Assembly: GCA_964016885.1 (NCBI GenBank)
Contig: OZ024743.1
Location: forward strand, 65,472,001 to 65,536,000
Direction of reading: 5' to 3'
From: Eledone cirrhosa
Lineage: Eukaryota
Length of the DNA stretch: 64,000 nt
The notes beneath the pieces were generated by a model, which did no database searches, was not told the origin of the DNA, and saw nothing but the letters and a program-made list of their open reading frames with translations. Within the stretch, counting starts at the first letter, position 1. The number at the start of each line of letters is the position of its first letter. Shown here in pieces: positions 23,037 through 35,469 of this stretch. The translations under genes and the position numbers were made by a program.

Positions 23037-23507
23037 TGCTTTCTTTATTAACCACAAGGGTTTACACAAAGTAGACATTAAGGACAGTACAGGACGGTAC
23101 AAAAGAGCATTTCTGCGTGTAAAAACCCCCCCAAACAGAGGATGTAATAATAGAACAATGAAAAAATTCCCCAATAGGGGGGAGACTTCCGAGGGCCATC
23201 GTGGAGAAAGCCCATTAAAAAAGCCACGGTGACCCTGACCACCAGGGCAATTGTCCTCTCCCAGTTTTCCACCTTCAATTTACAGGCATATATTCAGAGT
23301 AGGTCCACTCACTCGGGTCATTCTTGCCTCTCTCACCCATCTTTCAACAAAATGCTGGGAAGAGAGCACTTTCCTCTCTACCCTGATTTTCCTTTTCAAA
23401 TGAAATTGGAAAAAATTAATCAGGGCATCACCGAAGAGGTAAGTGCTCGTCTTCAGCCCTTTCAGATGTGTCCACCATACTATCTCTTTCGCCATGGCCA
23501 CCAGACA
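23037..23507 (-). mobile_element. Tx1-clade LINE 3' fragment embedded in AAT-type repeats
   Basis: ICLVAMAKEIVWWTHLKGL...ERWVREARMTRVSGP; 3' end ccttgtggttaataaagaaag. Confidence 0.9.
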
Positions 23508-23547
23508 GATAGTAATGATAATAACAATAGTAATGATAATTAATATA

Positions 23548-24035
23548 ATAATTGTTTCTACTTTTGGCACAAGGCCAGCAATTAATCCAGTGCATTACTG
23601 GTACTTTATTTTGTCGACCTCGTAAGGATGAAAGGCAAAGTTAATCTCGGCGGGATTTGAACTCAGATCATAAAGAGCCCCGTAACTCTCCATGCTGCAA
23701 AGCATAGCGTCCGATGATTTATATAAGTTATAATTAATATAATAATTGTTTCTACTTTAGGCACAAGGCCAGCAATTACCCAGTGCATTACTGGTACTTT
23801 ATTTTATCGACCCCGTAAGGATGAAAGGCAAAGTCAACCTAATAATGGTTTCTTATATAGGCACAAGGCCAGCAATTTTGGAGGAGGGGAAAATCAATTA
23901 AATCGACCCCAGTGCGTGACTGGTACTTTATTTTATCGACCCCGTAAAGATGAAAGGCAAAGTTAACCTCGGCGGGATTTGAACTCAGATCATAAAGGGC
24001 CATAACTCCATGCTGCAAAGCATAGCGTCCGATAA
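23548..24035 (-). mobile_element. Three tandem SINE copies
   Basis: Repeated cacaaggccagc...tttatcgaccccgtaaggatgaaaggc. Confidence 0.85.
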
Positions 24036-24628
24036 TTACTATAAGTTATAATTAATATAATAATAACAACAACAAAGAATAAAATGAAACAAGGTAAATA
24101 GGCGCGTGTACATACCGATATAGTGTGTAGTGTATGTGTATGTATAGAAGTAAGGAGCCGTATTAGCTCCAAACAACGATTACCATCAGATTATCACATT
24201 TTGAAGATTAAAACGTTGATTGAGAAGGATTACATAATTAAAGTCATGTTTATACTGAGCAGATTATACGTGCATCAATGGCAGTGTCAAGCATTATAGC
24301 TTGTCAATGTTTTAATGATACGTTAGGTCGGATTTTAATGAGGATTTCATTAGCAGTCATATTACTGGAGTTTAGAGTTTAAATAATACATTTTTTTCTA
24401 TTTCCAACTCTTCCATAATTTTATTTTACTACAATGAACGGTTAAGTAATAAAAATGGGCGTTAATAAATATTCAAATCTAGCCAACACCAAATAAAGTT
24501 ATTGGAATTTCCAATGTATGTTAGTTTAATGTTAACTACTTCATCGTAGGTTTTTTGCTATGAAATATAGTCAGAGTTGGGCATATAAACCACTAGAGAA
24601 GTAAAATACTACTAAGTTAGTACCACTA

Positions 24629-24736
<108 letters not shown>

Positions 24737-25339
24737 TTTTAGTACAGCATTAACGAAGCCTTAGTTCGCGGCCAAGCTAACGAATGCAAATTCGTTATGT
24801 AGCTTTAGCACTCGAATAGGAATAGTACCCCAGAGTAATAACAATACGTTTAGACAGCTTAGCAAATCAAATATAGCGATCGGCAGTCCAGCCGCATTAC
24901 CACAGCAACGAGAATGGTTGGACTCAGGAAAAGATTTTAGACTGACCTGGACAAAACGCTGAGATTGAATGCAACATATAATGCATATCGTATAGCATAC
25001 GACATACATCACATACAGCACACAACATCAGCGCTAGGTTTCTGCAAATCCAAGATCGACAAATTCAGCTTGCAGGAGTCTGCAAGTTAATGGTCTTTGA
25101 TGACAGAACAAAGGATTTACTTCTTCAACAAGTCTTGTGTTCTTTAGCCTCTGCGGGTATGTTCTAGCAGTAAATTTGGATATAGACACGTGGTTTTCTC
25201 CAAGGGGAGTAACCCCCGTTTTACCGGTGAATTCGAAATTTGAAACAAAGGAATGAAATTCCCTTAGACAAACCGAATTAAGCACTCAACCAGAAGTTAT
25301 CAAACAAACATAAACAATTAATCAATCAATAGAATTATC

Positions 25340-25383
<44 letters not shown>

Positions 25384-25387
<4 letters not shown>

Positions 25388-25586
25388 AAATTGTTCAAGA
25401 CCCCGACGGCAGAGCTCAAGCCGTTTTTACGGCTATTTTTGGACTGTCCAGAAATTGCCGTGGAAACGGCTTGAGCTCTGCCGTCGTGGTCTTGAACAAT
25501 TTCTTATTACCCACTCTACTGCCCTAAGTATTAAGTACTCTGGTGCGTTATGGTCCACCTGGTTCCTTATCACACTTCCTTCGTTA
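25384..25586. repeat. Fold-back family copy 4
   Basis: gacggcagagctcaagccgttt...aaacggcttgagctctgccgtc within (TA)n. Confidence 0.85.
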
Positions 25587-25589
25587 TAT

Positions 25590-25633
<44 letters not shown>

Positions 25634-25952
25634 TTTACCCATTTACCTGGTACAAGACGCACTAAAACTGCCAGCCAACACCAAAGCACGCTGCCCACAC
25701 GCATAAGTCGGAGTCCCATAATCTGCTGACATTCCCAACGTGAGAGACTATGTCTGCTGACTGACTGTCCCTTCACTCATCTTCCTGGGACACAACGCAC
25801 GAACAGAAAAGGGGCTCTATGCCAACACACAAACCACAATAAAGCCACCCCCTGCTGCAGTAATGCTGCTCCAGTCTTCTCACAAAGACACGATTACAAC
25901 AACAAAAGCAATGCTGCTCCAGTCTTTTCACAAAGACACAATTACAACAAAC

Positions 25953-25983
<31 letters not shown>

Positions 25984-26169
25984 AAGAGGGAACTGCAACC
26001 CTATCCAATGGTGTAACCACAAATCCAATCAAAAACTGCTCCTTGAACAAGAAAATATTTCTTTTTTAACCATGTACCTGGCAAAAGAGATACAGAAACA
26101 CATTTTAGCCATCACCCAACACCATCCTTGCTGTCACTAACACACAATTTCAAAACAAGCCCTCTGCAA

Positions 26170-29100
26170 CAGTCAAAACCAGCCACCACACTAGCCTCTA
26201 CATTTTTACTGTTATACACAAGGTATCACCCCATCTATCAATGCACAGAAATGGAAGATCCAATTCATTGAGGATTGAGTTGGTAACCATCCATTTCACA
26301 TCCCCTTCTTCATTCTTACTGAGACCCACCTTGACAATTCCCACTTGTAGGCCGAAGTAAGAGTGAGGAATTTCACAACCATCCGCACGGATCGTGTTGG
26401 CAGAAGGAAGGATGGAACTGACATTTTCTTGCATGATTCCTTTACAGCAGATGGAAACACAACATTCTCCAATGGCTACTGTGAATCAGTCACTGTGCAC
26501 AACAAAGCCGAAGACCTGATATTAGTTGGGCTCTATAGGCCACCACAAACACCCATAATCTGCTTCAAAGAATGCCTCAACAGTATTAAATGGTCTATTA
26601 AACAGTACCATTCTAGCAACATACTTTTGATGGGAGACTTTAATCTACCCTGTGTCGATTGGTCTACAAGCAGTTTGAAACCAGGCACCCCAACCTCAAC
26701 CACTGACAAAGAAGCAGTCGAGTCACTTCTTGACTTCATGAATGAGTTTTTCTTGTCCCAACTTCTCCTTGCACCAGGGGATCAGAAGAATATTCTGGAT
26801 CTAGTGTTTAGTAACCACACTAACACTATACATAATATTACAGTGGAAAAACCCTTCTCTCAGACCATGACATGGTTCTTTGTAACCCGAGATTCCACCA
26901 GCCGAAAGCTAATCCCAGGGTCCTCTTTCCAGCCCACCCATTTGATAACATGAATCTCTACAATGCCAACTGGGATGCAATTATGAACGAACTATCACAT
27001 GTTGACTGGTCTTTTACACACGCACACATTTCCATCAACATCAAAACATCTTGGCAGATCTTTGTAGACACTATCACAAATATATGTACAAAACACACCC
27101 CACCAAAACATGTGAACAAAACTAAGCGTAGTATCCCCCCAAAACAGAAAATACTGCCAACAGCAACACACACATTCGACGGCTATTGCCCTGCCTGATT
27201 AAAAATATATACCCCCAACAATGCACGAAGACAATAATCAATAACCAGAGAATAGCTGAAGAGAGGTGGGCCATTGAGAAAATCAAACTCAACCCCAAAG
27301 TGTTCTTTTCATTTGCTAAAAAACACAAGGCCACTGTCTCCATTGTTGGCCCTCTAGTTGATGAAAATGGCACACTCCAAGATAATGCCACAACCATGGG
27401 TGAGATACTGCAGAAACAATACTGCTCTGTTTTCAGCAATCCTGATATGGCCGATCTGGGCTGTATCAGTGATGTTAATCCCCACCAACACACTATATCG
27501 GACATAACGTTTGGCGCCCCTGATGTCTTAGCGGCAATAAACGAAATCAAACACAATTCAGCAGTAGGCCCCGACAGGTTCCTTGCTTGTGTCCTGAAGG
27601 TGTGTCGACACCAACATGCATCTCCTCTTGCTAATCTGCGGAGGAACTCACTGGATACTGGCTATATTCCTGAAAACTTTCTGTCCCAGTCCGTTGTCCA
27701 AGTCGTCAAAAAGGGAAATAAGTCCCTTGGAGCGAACTACCGTCCGATCTCACCCACCTCTCATATTATCAAGGTATTTGAGAGGGTGGTGAGATAACGA
27801 ATAACCCACTTTCTTGAAAGCAACGGCCTGCTGAACTCCAACCAACAAGGGTTCCGTAATGGAAGAGACTGCCTAACGCAGTTCCTGCATCACTTTGACG
27901 ATGTTTTGAGAGCCTTGGGAGAGGGCTCCAGCACTGATGTCATCTACCTTGATTTCAGCAAGGCCTTTGACAGAGTTGATCATAAGATTCTACTGAAAAA
28001 CTATCCAATTTTGGTGTCTCTGGAAAGTTACTACAGTGGATCAAACGTTTCCTGACAGACAGAACCCAACATGTTGTAGTCGAAGGAGTAAAATCAAGCC
28101 CTGCCAAAGTCAGCAGTGGCGTCCCACAAAGCACTGTGTTGGGCCCATTTCTTTTCATCATCTACATTAATGACATTACTGACATCATCAAGCACAGCAA
28201 CATAAGAATCTTCGCAGACGATTCCAAGATCCAAAGGGTCATCAATGAGGTGGGTGACCGGACTTGCCTTCAGTCAGACCTACTAGCTGTTATCCAATGG
28301 GCAGAAAAGAATAATATGCTGTTGAATAAGGATAAGTTTGAATTAATCCACTTTGGAAAAAAGTATGCCTTGAAACTACCATACTCTCTTCCTTCGGGTG
28401 AAACTCTAGTGGCGTCCAACAACATCAGAGATATGGGAGTAATTGTGGACAACAACATAAGCTGGGCCACTCATATAAACAGAAAGGTTGACATGGCCCG
28501 CAGAATGTGTTCCTGGATTCTCAGAACTTTCCAGTCGAGAGATATCCACACTGTTATCCTTCTTTTCTCCACTTTTGCCCGACCCCACCTTGAATAGTGT
28601 TGTCCACTGTGGTCTCCTCTCACGAAACAAAGTATCATGAAAGTTGAAGCACCTCAAAGATCGATTACAAAAAAGATAGATGGCATGGCAGGCCTTGACT
28701 ATTGGAGTCGATTAGAAAAGCTCAACATTTATTCTTCCAAACGTCGCCGTGAGTGCTACATTATCTGCATGATGTGGAAAATATTCCATCAGCTTTACCC
28801 AAATGATGTTGGCATCACCTTTAATGTACACCCAAGGCTTGGCCCCAGTGCTATCCGCCGAGGACAAAAATCTCACTCGCATCTCATAATAACAATACGG
28901 CACAATTATTTCACCTCAATTGGCCCCGCTCTCTTTAACATTACACCAAAACACATCAAAGCAGAAACAGACCCCATCAAGTTCAAGAAGTCTTTGGACA
29001 AATTCCTTCAAGAAATCCAGGATAAGCCTCCTACACCCGGATATGCCTCCATAAACAATAACTCTCTGCTCGAGTGGGCCATGGTGCCCAAACCCTGATT

Positions 29101-29181
29101 TGTAAGACTTCGCCAGGTGGTGCTATTAAGTAAGACATGGCCTGGGCCAATACTGGCCGAAACCTATCAAAGTTATCAAAG

Positions 29182-29183
<2 letters not shown>
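26170..29183 (+). mobile_element. CR1/L2-group LINE, decayed ORF2 (APE + RT), with (TATCAAAGT) tandem tail
   Basis: LYRPP, MGDFNLP, NILDLVF, GPD, NYRPIS.TS, YLDFSKAFD.VDH, SGVPQ.TVLGP.LF, FADDSK. Many frameshifts. The tail cctatcaaagttatcaaagtt runs into (TA)n. Confidence 0.9.
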
Positions 29184-29259
<76 letters not shown>

Positions 29260-29357
29260 AAATAAATTAACGGAGTCATAAACTCGCGTTAGTCCCTGTA
29301 CTATATGAAGCAGTTATCTTAAGTTCTCTTAGAGTTGTCTGGAATGTATTCACTTAC

Positions 29358-29434
29358 CACACGCTGATGAACCTAGGTGTTTCATTCCATACACTAATCT
29401 TTTGGCGAAACAAATCTCTGAGTTTGTACGTGTG
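29358..29434 (+). ncRNA. Type I hammerhead ribozyme
   Basis: Stem I cacacg/cgtgtg; CTGATGA; irregular stem II; GAAA; stem III caaa..tttg; GUA triplet. Confidence 0.75.
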
Positions 29435-29674
29435 TGATATATAGTTATAGAGGTGGGCAAATTCATTCTGATTTATATCCTCAATTATTATGCGTCTACC
29501 TTACCTTTCTTAGTTTATAGATTCCGTACACTGGTGGTTTTCCCTGTATATTGATAAACACACACTCTCTTTCGTGTGTTATCTTTTCTATATATATTAT
29601 ATATAAATATATATATATAGTAATATTTGGCTTCTTCGGTAGACCACTCTTCAAACTACTATGCAGAAAAAACT

Positions 29675-29733
<59 letters not shown>

Positions 29734-30066
29734 CATAAATTTGTCAGAATATACATAACATCTTAATGGAAAGAGATCGCTAAAAAAATCTTATTCAGAG
29801 AAGAAAATACGTATAGAACAACTTATATAAAATCACTGAGGGGTAGATTACCATAGAAGCATCTCTCCATGAGGACAAAACATTTAAACCTGACTGCAGT
29901 TTCAATGTTAAAAAGAATAATGTATATTCTGAGAAATTTATATATGTATAATTTGCTGTTCCTTCTATAGACATTTACTCAATCGGTACAGTAAGTACAA
30001 TATGCTCTAGCTCATATACATTTTGCATTTAAAACATCTGCCGGAGAAGTTCAGTACCGAATGTGT

Positions 30067-30120
30067 AAACCTCAGTGATGATGGATTTAAAAAATTCTGA
30101 AACACAAGTGTCTGGCGTTT
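30067..30120 (+). ncRNA. Degenerate type I hammerhead (core C to G)
   Basis: aaacctca GTGATGA t ggattt-aaa-aaattc t GAAA cac-aa-gtg TC tggcgttt. Confidence 0.55.
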
Positions 30121-30199
30121 TCACGCGGCTACTGAGATGGCTGTGAAACGACCACAGCTTACAATAGTCATAGCAAGACTTATATATGTTTATTATACA

Positions 30200-30405
30200 T
30201 AAGGGCGGTGGATTGGCAGTAACGGTGGATTGTCGGGCACCACGCTCTGCGGCATAGAGTTACGGTATTTTCGCGCCGTTGTTAGCTTTGCCTTTCATCC
30301 TTGCGGGGTCGATAAATAAAGCACCAGTTACGTACTGGGGTCGATTTAATCGACTTTCCCCTTTCCCCAACATTGTTGACCTTGTGTCTAAATCAGAAAC
30401 CATTA
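30200..30405 (+). mobile_element. SINE copy
   Basis: ggattggcag...gcctttcatccttgcggggtcgataaa...ccttgtgtctaaatcagaaacc. Confidence 0.8.
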
Positions 30406-30559
30406 TACATAAACCTATCATATATGCCTCGATATACTTTGGAATAATATAAAAATAAAAAAAAATGACAAAGAAATGTGCATTAGGTTACATCGCAATG
30501 AAAAATGGAGATTTACAACTGCACACCTTAAACTATGTAGCTTGATTCTGGCAGTAAAT

Positions 30560-30925
30560 ATTTGATATTTAGTTTAGCTTACAGTACCTCCATCCCATCT
30601 TAGAACCAGGCCAGTTAAAATCATGTTACAAGTCACAGCTTCAATTCGGTATTCATACCAACCCTTACCTATGGTCATGAATCTTGGGTAATGACCGAAA
30701 TACGATCACGAATACAAACGGCCGAAATGGGATTCCTCCGAAGGGTCTTTAGAGTAACGTTGCTCGATACAGTTTGTAGCTCGGAGATCAGAGAGTCACT
30801 CAAGATAGAGCCACTACTTCCCCGAATTGAGAGATCACAGATTTGATACTATTGGCATGTGGTTAGAATGTCTCAGGAAAGAATCGTTGAACAGATTTTA
30901 CGTGCAAAACTAACCGACCCAGGGG
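30560..30925 (+). mobile_element. RTE-clade LINE fragment (same family as 59110-59460)
   Basis: IPTLTYGHESWVMT...AEMGFLRRV..VTLLD...SSEIRESL..EPLL...HVVRMSQE. Confidence 0.8.
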
Positions 30926-30934
30926 TAGACCACG

Positions 30935-31280
30935 AGCATTACTGGTACTTTATTTTATAGGCTCCGTAAGGTGAAAGGCAAAGCTAAGCTCACCGGGATT
31001 TGATCTCAAAACGTAAAGGGCCGCAATTCTATGCTGCTAAGCTTGTTGTCCGACGTTCTACCGATTCTTCCAATCCACCGCTCTACACATATATAATTGT
31101 TTCAACTTTTGGTACAAGGCCAGCAATCATCCCAGTGTATTACTGGTACTTTATTTTATCGACCTCGTAAGGATGAAAGGCAAAGTTAACCTCGGCGGGA
31201 TTTGAACGCAGATCATAAAGGGCCGTAACTCTTTGCTGCAAAGCATGGTGTCCGACCCTCTACTGATACTGCCAATCCAC
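30935..31280 (-). mobile_element. Two SINE copies
   Basis: Same core. Confidence 0.8.
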
Positions 31281-31374
31281 ACACATATATAATGAGACAA
31301 AGACTCTCTTGTTAACCTTCCCATGTACACATGTTCTTACATACACACACACACACATATATATACATTACAGA

Positions 31375-31865
31375 CATAAACAACAACAGCAACAACAACT
31401 GTCACATAATTCCACCCACGCCTCGGCTACCACCTCCAGCAACACCTCCAGCACCACTTCCACTACCTCCACCATCACAACCATCCAACCATCACCACCA
31501 CCACCACCACCACCATCACTACCACCCCGCCACCACCAACAACAACATCACCACCACCGCTACCAAAATCACCACCACAACGACCATAATAGCCCCCCCC
31601 CCCCACCATCATCACCCCCCACAACCACCGCAAACCCCCTACCACTACCATAACCACCACCAACACTACCACCACCACCACCACCACCATCATCACCCCC
31701 ACTACCACCACCACTACCACCAACATCACTACCACCAACCCCACCCCTACCATCACCACCGCCACCAACACCACTACCACCACTAATACCCCACCACCAC
31801 CACAACCACCACTAACACCACCACACCACCACAACAGCTGCCCCTCCTCCCCCACCAACAACAAA
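31375..31865. repeat. Degenerate (CCA/CAC)n satellite
   Basis: Direct inspection. Confidence 0.9.
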
Positions 31866-32070
31866 AACAAATAAAAAATAAATGAAATGTCAGAAATATG
31901 CTTACTGAAATAAATGGCTTCCTTCCTACCTTTCTTCCTCCTCTCATTCTCCCCCTTCCTCTCTCTTTTACTGTACTCTCCTCTCCCTCTCCCCATTTCT
32001 TCTCATCTTTTCTGTCCCTCCCTCTATCGCCTCAGTAAAAAACAAAACTAAACCAAATACACCCCCCCCG

Positions 32071-32215
32071 CTCTCACCTCCAACACCCTCCATCCCGACT
32101 CCCACTTCCCTCCCCCACTGCTCTCACCTCCAACACCCTCCATCCCGACTCCCACTTCCCTCCCCCACTGCTCTCACCTCCAACACCCTTCATCCTGACT
32201 CCCACTTCCCTCCCC
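32071..32215. repeat. 50-bp C-rich tandem repeat, 3 units
   Basis: Unit ctctcacctccaacaccctccatcccgactcccacttccctcccccactg. Confidence 0.9.
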
Positions 32216-32294
32216 CTCCACCCCTCGTCTTTTTACACTCCATTGATATTTACATATATATATTGTGTGGACAAAGAGACGGATCAGATAGCGT

Positions 32295-32880
32295 GGGAGG
32301 TGGGAGGGGAGAGGGAGAGATGAGGAGAACGAGGGTGGAGGAAGGGAGGGGAGAATGAGAAGAGGGGGGACGGGTGGAGGGGGGTGAGGATGAGAAGAGG
32401 AGGAGGATGGGTAGAGGAAGGGAGGGTGAGGATGAGAAAGGAGGACGGGGAGTAGGAAGGGAAGGACAGGAGGAGAAGAGGAGGAGGACTGGGGGTGGAA
32501 AGGAGGGAGAGGATGAGAAGAGGAGAAGGACTGGGGGTGATGGAATGGAGGGAGAGGATGAGAAGGGGAAGAGGACGGGTGAGGGAGGATGAGAAGAGGA
32601 GGACGGCAGTAGGAAGGGAGGAGGAGGGTGAGAAGAGGAGGAAGACGGGTGGAGGAAGGGAGGGAAAAGTGACAAAAAGAGGAGAACTAGGGAGTAGAAA
32701 GGGAGGGAGAGGGTGAGATGGAGAACAGGAGGATAGGGAGTAGGAAGTGAGTGGGATGGTGAGAAGAGGAGGAGGATGGGGAAGGGGGGAGATGAGAAGA
32801 GGAGGAGAGGGGAGTATTAGGTGAGGAGTTGGGAGTGAAGGATGAGAGGAATTATATAGAGAAATGAAAGGGGTGAGGAG
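32295..32880. repeat. Polypurine GA-rich minisatellite
   Basis: Recurring gaggatgagaagaggaggagg units. Confidence 0.85.
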
Positions 32881-33089
32881 GTAATTATCAGTGAATATGA
32901 CATCAGTCAGTGATGTTCATTCAATCCTTTGTACTAATATGCAGGTGCTGGGACCTGCTACAAACTTCTGTCAACAGACATTGAATTACATATCTCCAGC
33001 TCAAAGACACCTCATTTTTTTGGTATAGAAATTAGGAGGGATAAAAACATAATGAAAACGTCCAATAGCTGTGATAATCACACACACAC

Positions 33090-33174
<85 letters not shown>

Positions 33175-33367
33175 TACGCACACATACACACAAACACACG
33201 CATACACACACATACACAAACATACGCATACACACACACAAACGCACACATATTCACAGACAAATGCATACACACACATACACACACATATGCACACAAA
33301 CACATGTAAACACAGAGATACACAGAGACACACATAGACACACATAGACACACATAGACACACACAT

Positions 33368-33399
<32 letters not shown>

Positions 33400-33525
33400 G
33401 CATGCACTAGCGTGTGTATATATGTATAAATGTATGCATATGTATCCATTATATATATATATATACATATAAATCTATCTATCTATCTATCTATCTATCT
33501 ATTTACCTATCTATCTGTATGTCCG

Positions 33526-33619
<94 letters not shown>

Positions 33620-33620
<1 letters not shown>

Positions 33621-35457
33621 CAGCCGCATCTGCTCTAGGGAAAGGTGAACGGCTACCTCTCGGAGCCATTCGAAATCGCGCGGTCCATCCGACAAGGGTG
33701 CCCTCTCTCCTCCCTTCTGTATGTAATGACTCTAGAGCCACTGAAGCGGAAGTTGGAGTTGTTGCAGGGCATTCCGTTGGAACCGGGATTGCGGAAAGCG
33801 GTGTCGGCCTACGCCGATGACGTAACAGTAATGGTGTCGACGGCCTCGGAAATCGGGGCGATCGGCACCTTACTGGAGGAGTACGAAAGGTTTACAGGGG
33901 CTAAGCTGAACCGGGACAAGTCGATCGGTCTGCAACTCGGCACGTGGAGGGGCAGATCGATGCCCTCCGATGGCGTCGTCGGGCGCTGGACGGAGGGCCC
34001 GGTGAAGTTGCTCGGGGTCTGGTTCGGACCAGACCTCCAGGTGGAGAAGAACTGGGGTGAGGTAACGAACAGGGTGTTTGCACTGACCCAGAAGTGGGCC
34101 GAGTGCAAACTGTCCCTGAAAGGTCGGGCGGAGGTGGCGAACACTTATATAGCGTCCGTCATCTACTACCGCCTGACCGTTGTGCCTTGCCCAAGGGAAA
34201 CGCTCGCCAAAATGGAGCGCGCAGAATTCCAATTCCTTTGGAAGAAGCGGGCTCCTATGGTGAGGAGATCCATCTGCTGTCAACACCCTTTGAAAGGAGG
34301 GCTGGGGATGCTGTGGCTAATGATACGTAAACACGCATTAAGGCTACGGCACCACCAGGTATTCCTCACCGGTCAACGGGTGTGGGCCCCGTTTGCGAGG
34401 CGAGCCTTTCCCAGACTCGTCTCACTCACCGAGCTGCAATCCTGGGTCAAGCAAAGACCGAGAAAACTGGGCGCCTGGCACACCGAGTGTGCCCAGACGC
34501 TCACGGCTCTCTGGCAGGCGGACCCGGCTGTCAGTGGAGAATCCACCTCGTCATTCTATAGAGGGCTGGTGGTTAGCATGTGCGACGACGCCCTCGGGGA
34601 AGCCCTAGGCATGGAGGAAGACGAACTGGCCAACCTGTTCGGTAGGACATTCAGCCCGGGACCCATGGATAACTTCCAGAGGTCCCTGGCCTTGCAGTGC
34701 TACAGAAGGGCTCTGCCCGTTCGAGAAAGGCTCTACAGACACGGGCGCCCGGGTAGGGACCCCTCGAAAAATATCTGTCCCATATGGGTGTGCGACGAGG
34801 AAACCGTTGCACACGCATTGGTACATTGCTCGGGCATTGTCGATCTGTGGGGATATGTCGAACAACTGCTGTCAAGGGTGGGACCGATCCGGTTGACCAC
34901 CGAGTCTATTGTAACGATCAAGCGGCCTCCCCTCTTCAAAAACGAAGGAGAGGCGGTGTTTCTGTGCGTAATAGCCATGGCGAAAGAGGTTGTATGGTGG
35001 ACGCGTCTGAAAGGACTGAGGTCAGACACCTTTCTCTCTGGCCAACAACTGGTCCGTTTCTTCCGATATCATTTCGGAAGAAGGATCAGGGTGGAGAGAG
35101 AGGTGCTGCACCCCAGCCGTTTTATGAAAGATGGGTGAAAGTGGCGAGAATGGCCCGTGTGAATGGGCCTTCACTCTACATCAGACTATAGGTGAGGAAG
35201 ATGAAAGACCAAGGGAGCACCCCCTCTCTGTGCTCCTGAGGAGAAGGGTTGCACACTTTTTTTCGGGGGTGTGTGCGACCCCCCAAGGCGCCTCCTCCCT
35301 ATGGAGGATTTTGTTATAAATTTTATTTTGTTATATTTTATTTTATTTTTATATTTTGTTATTGCCGCCTCCTTATTGAGGACGCCTTGTTATGTAAACT
35401 CCCCCCATTGTACTTGTCCCACTTGTTGATGCCCTGGTGGCAAATAAAAAGAAAATT
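33620..35457 (+). mobile_element. 5'-truncated Tx1-clade LINE inserted in (ATCT)n
   Basis: ORF 33645..35138 is highly similar to 454..2916. (ATCT)n at 33473-33619 upstream and atctatctat downstream. Confidence 0.95.
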
Positions 35458-35469
35458 ATCTATCTATAT

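Noticed and set aside
32930-33030. Host internal exon after tactaat...gcag
   Set aside because: No polypyrimidine tract, no good donor, and no recognisable peptide.
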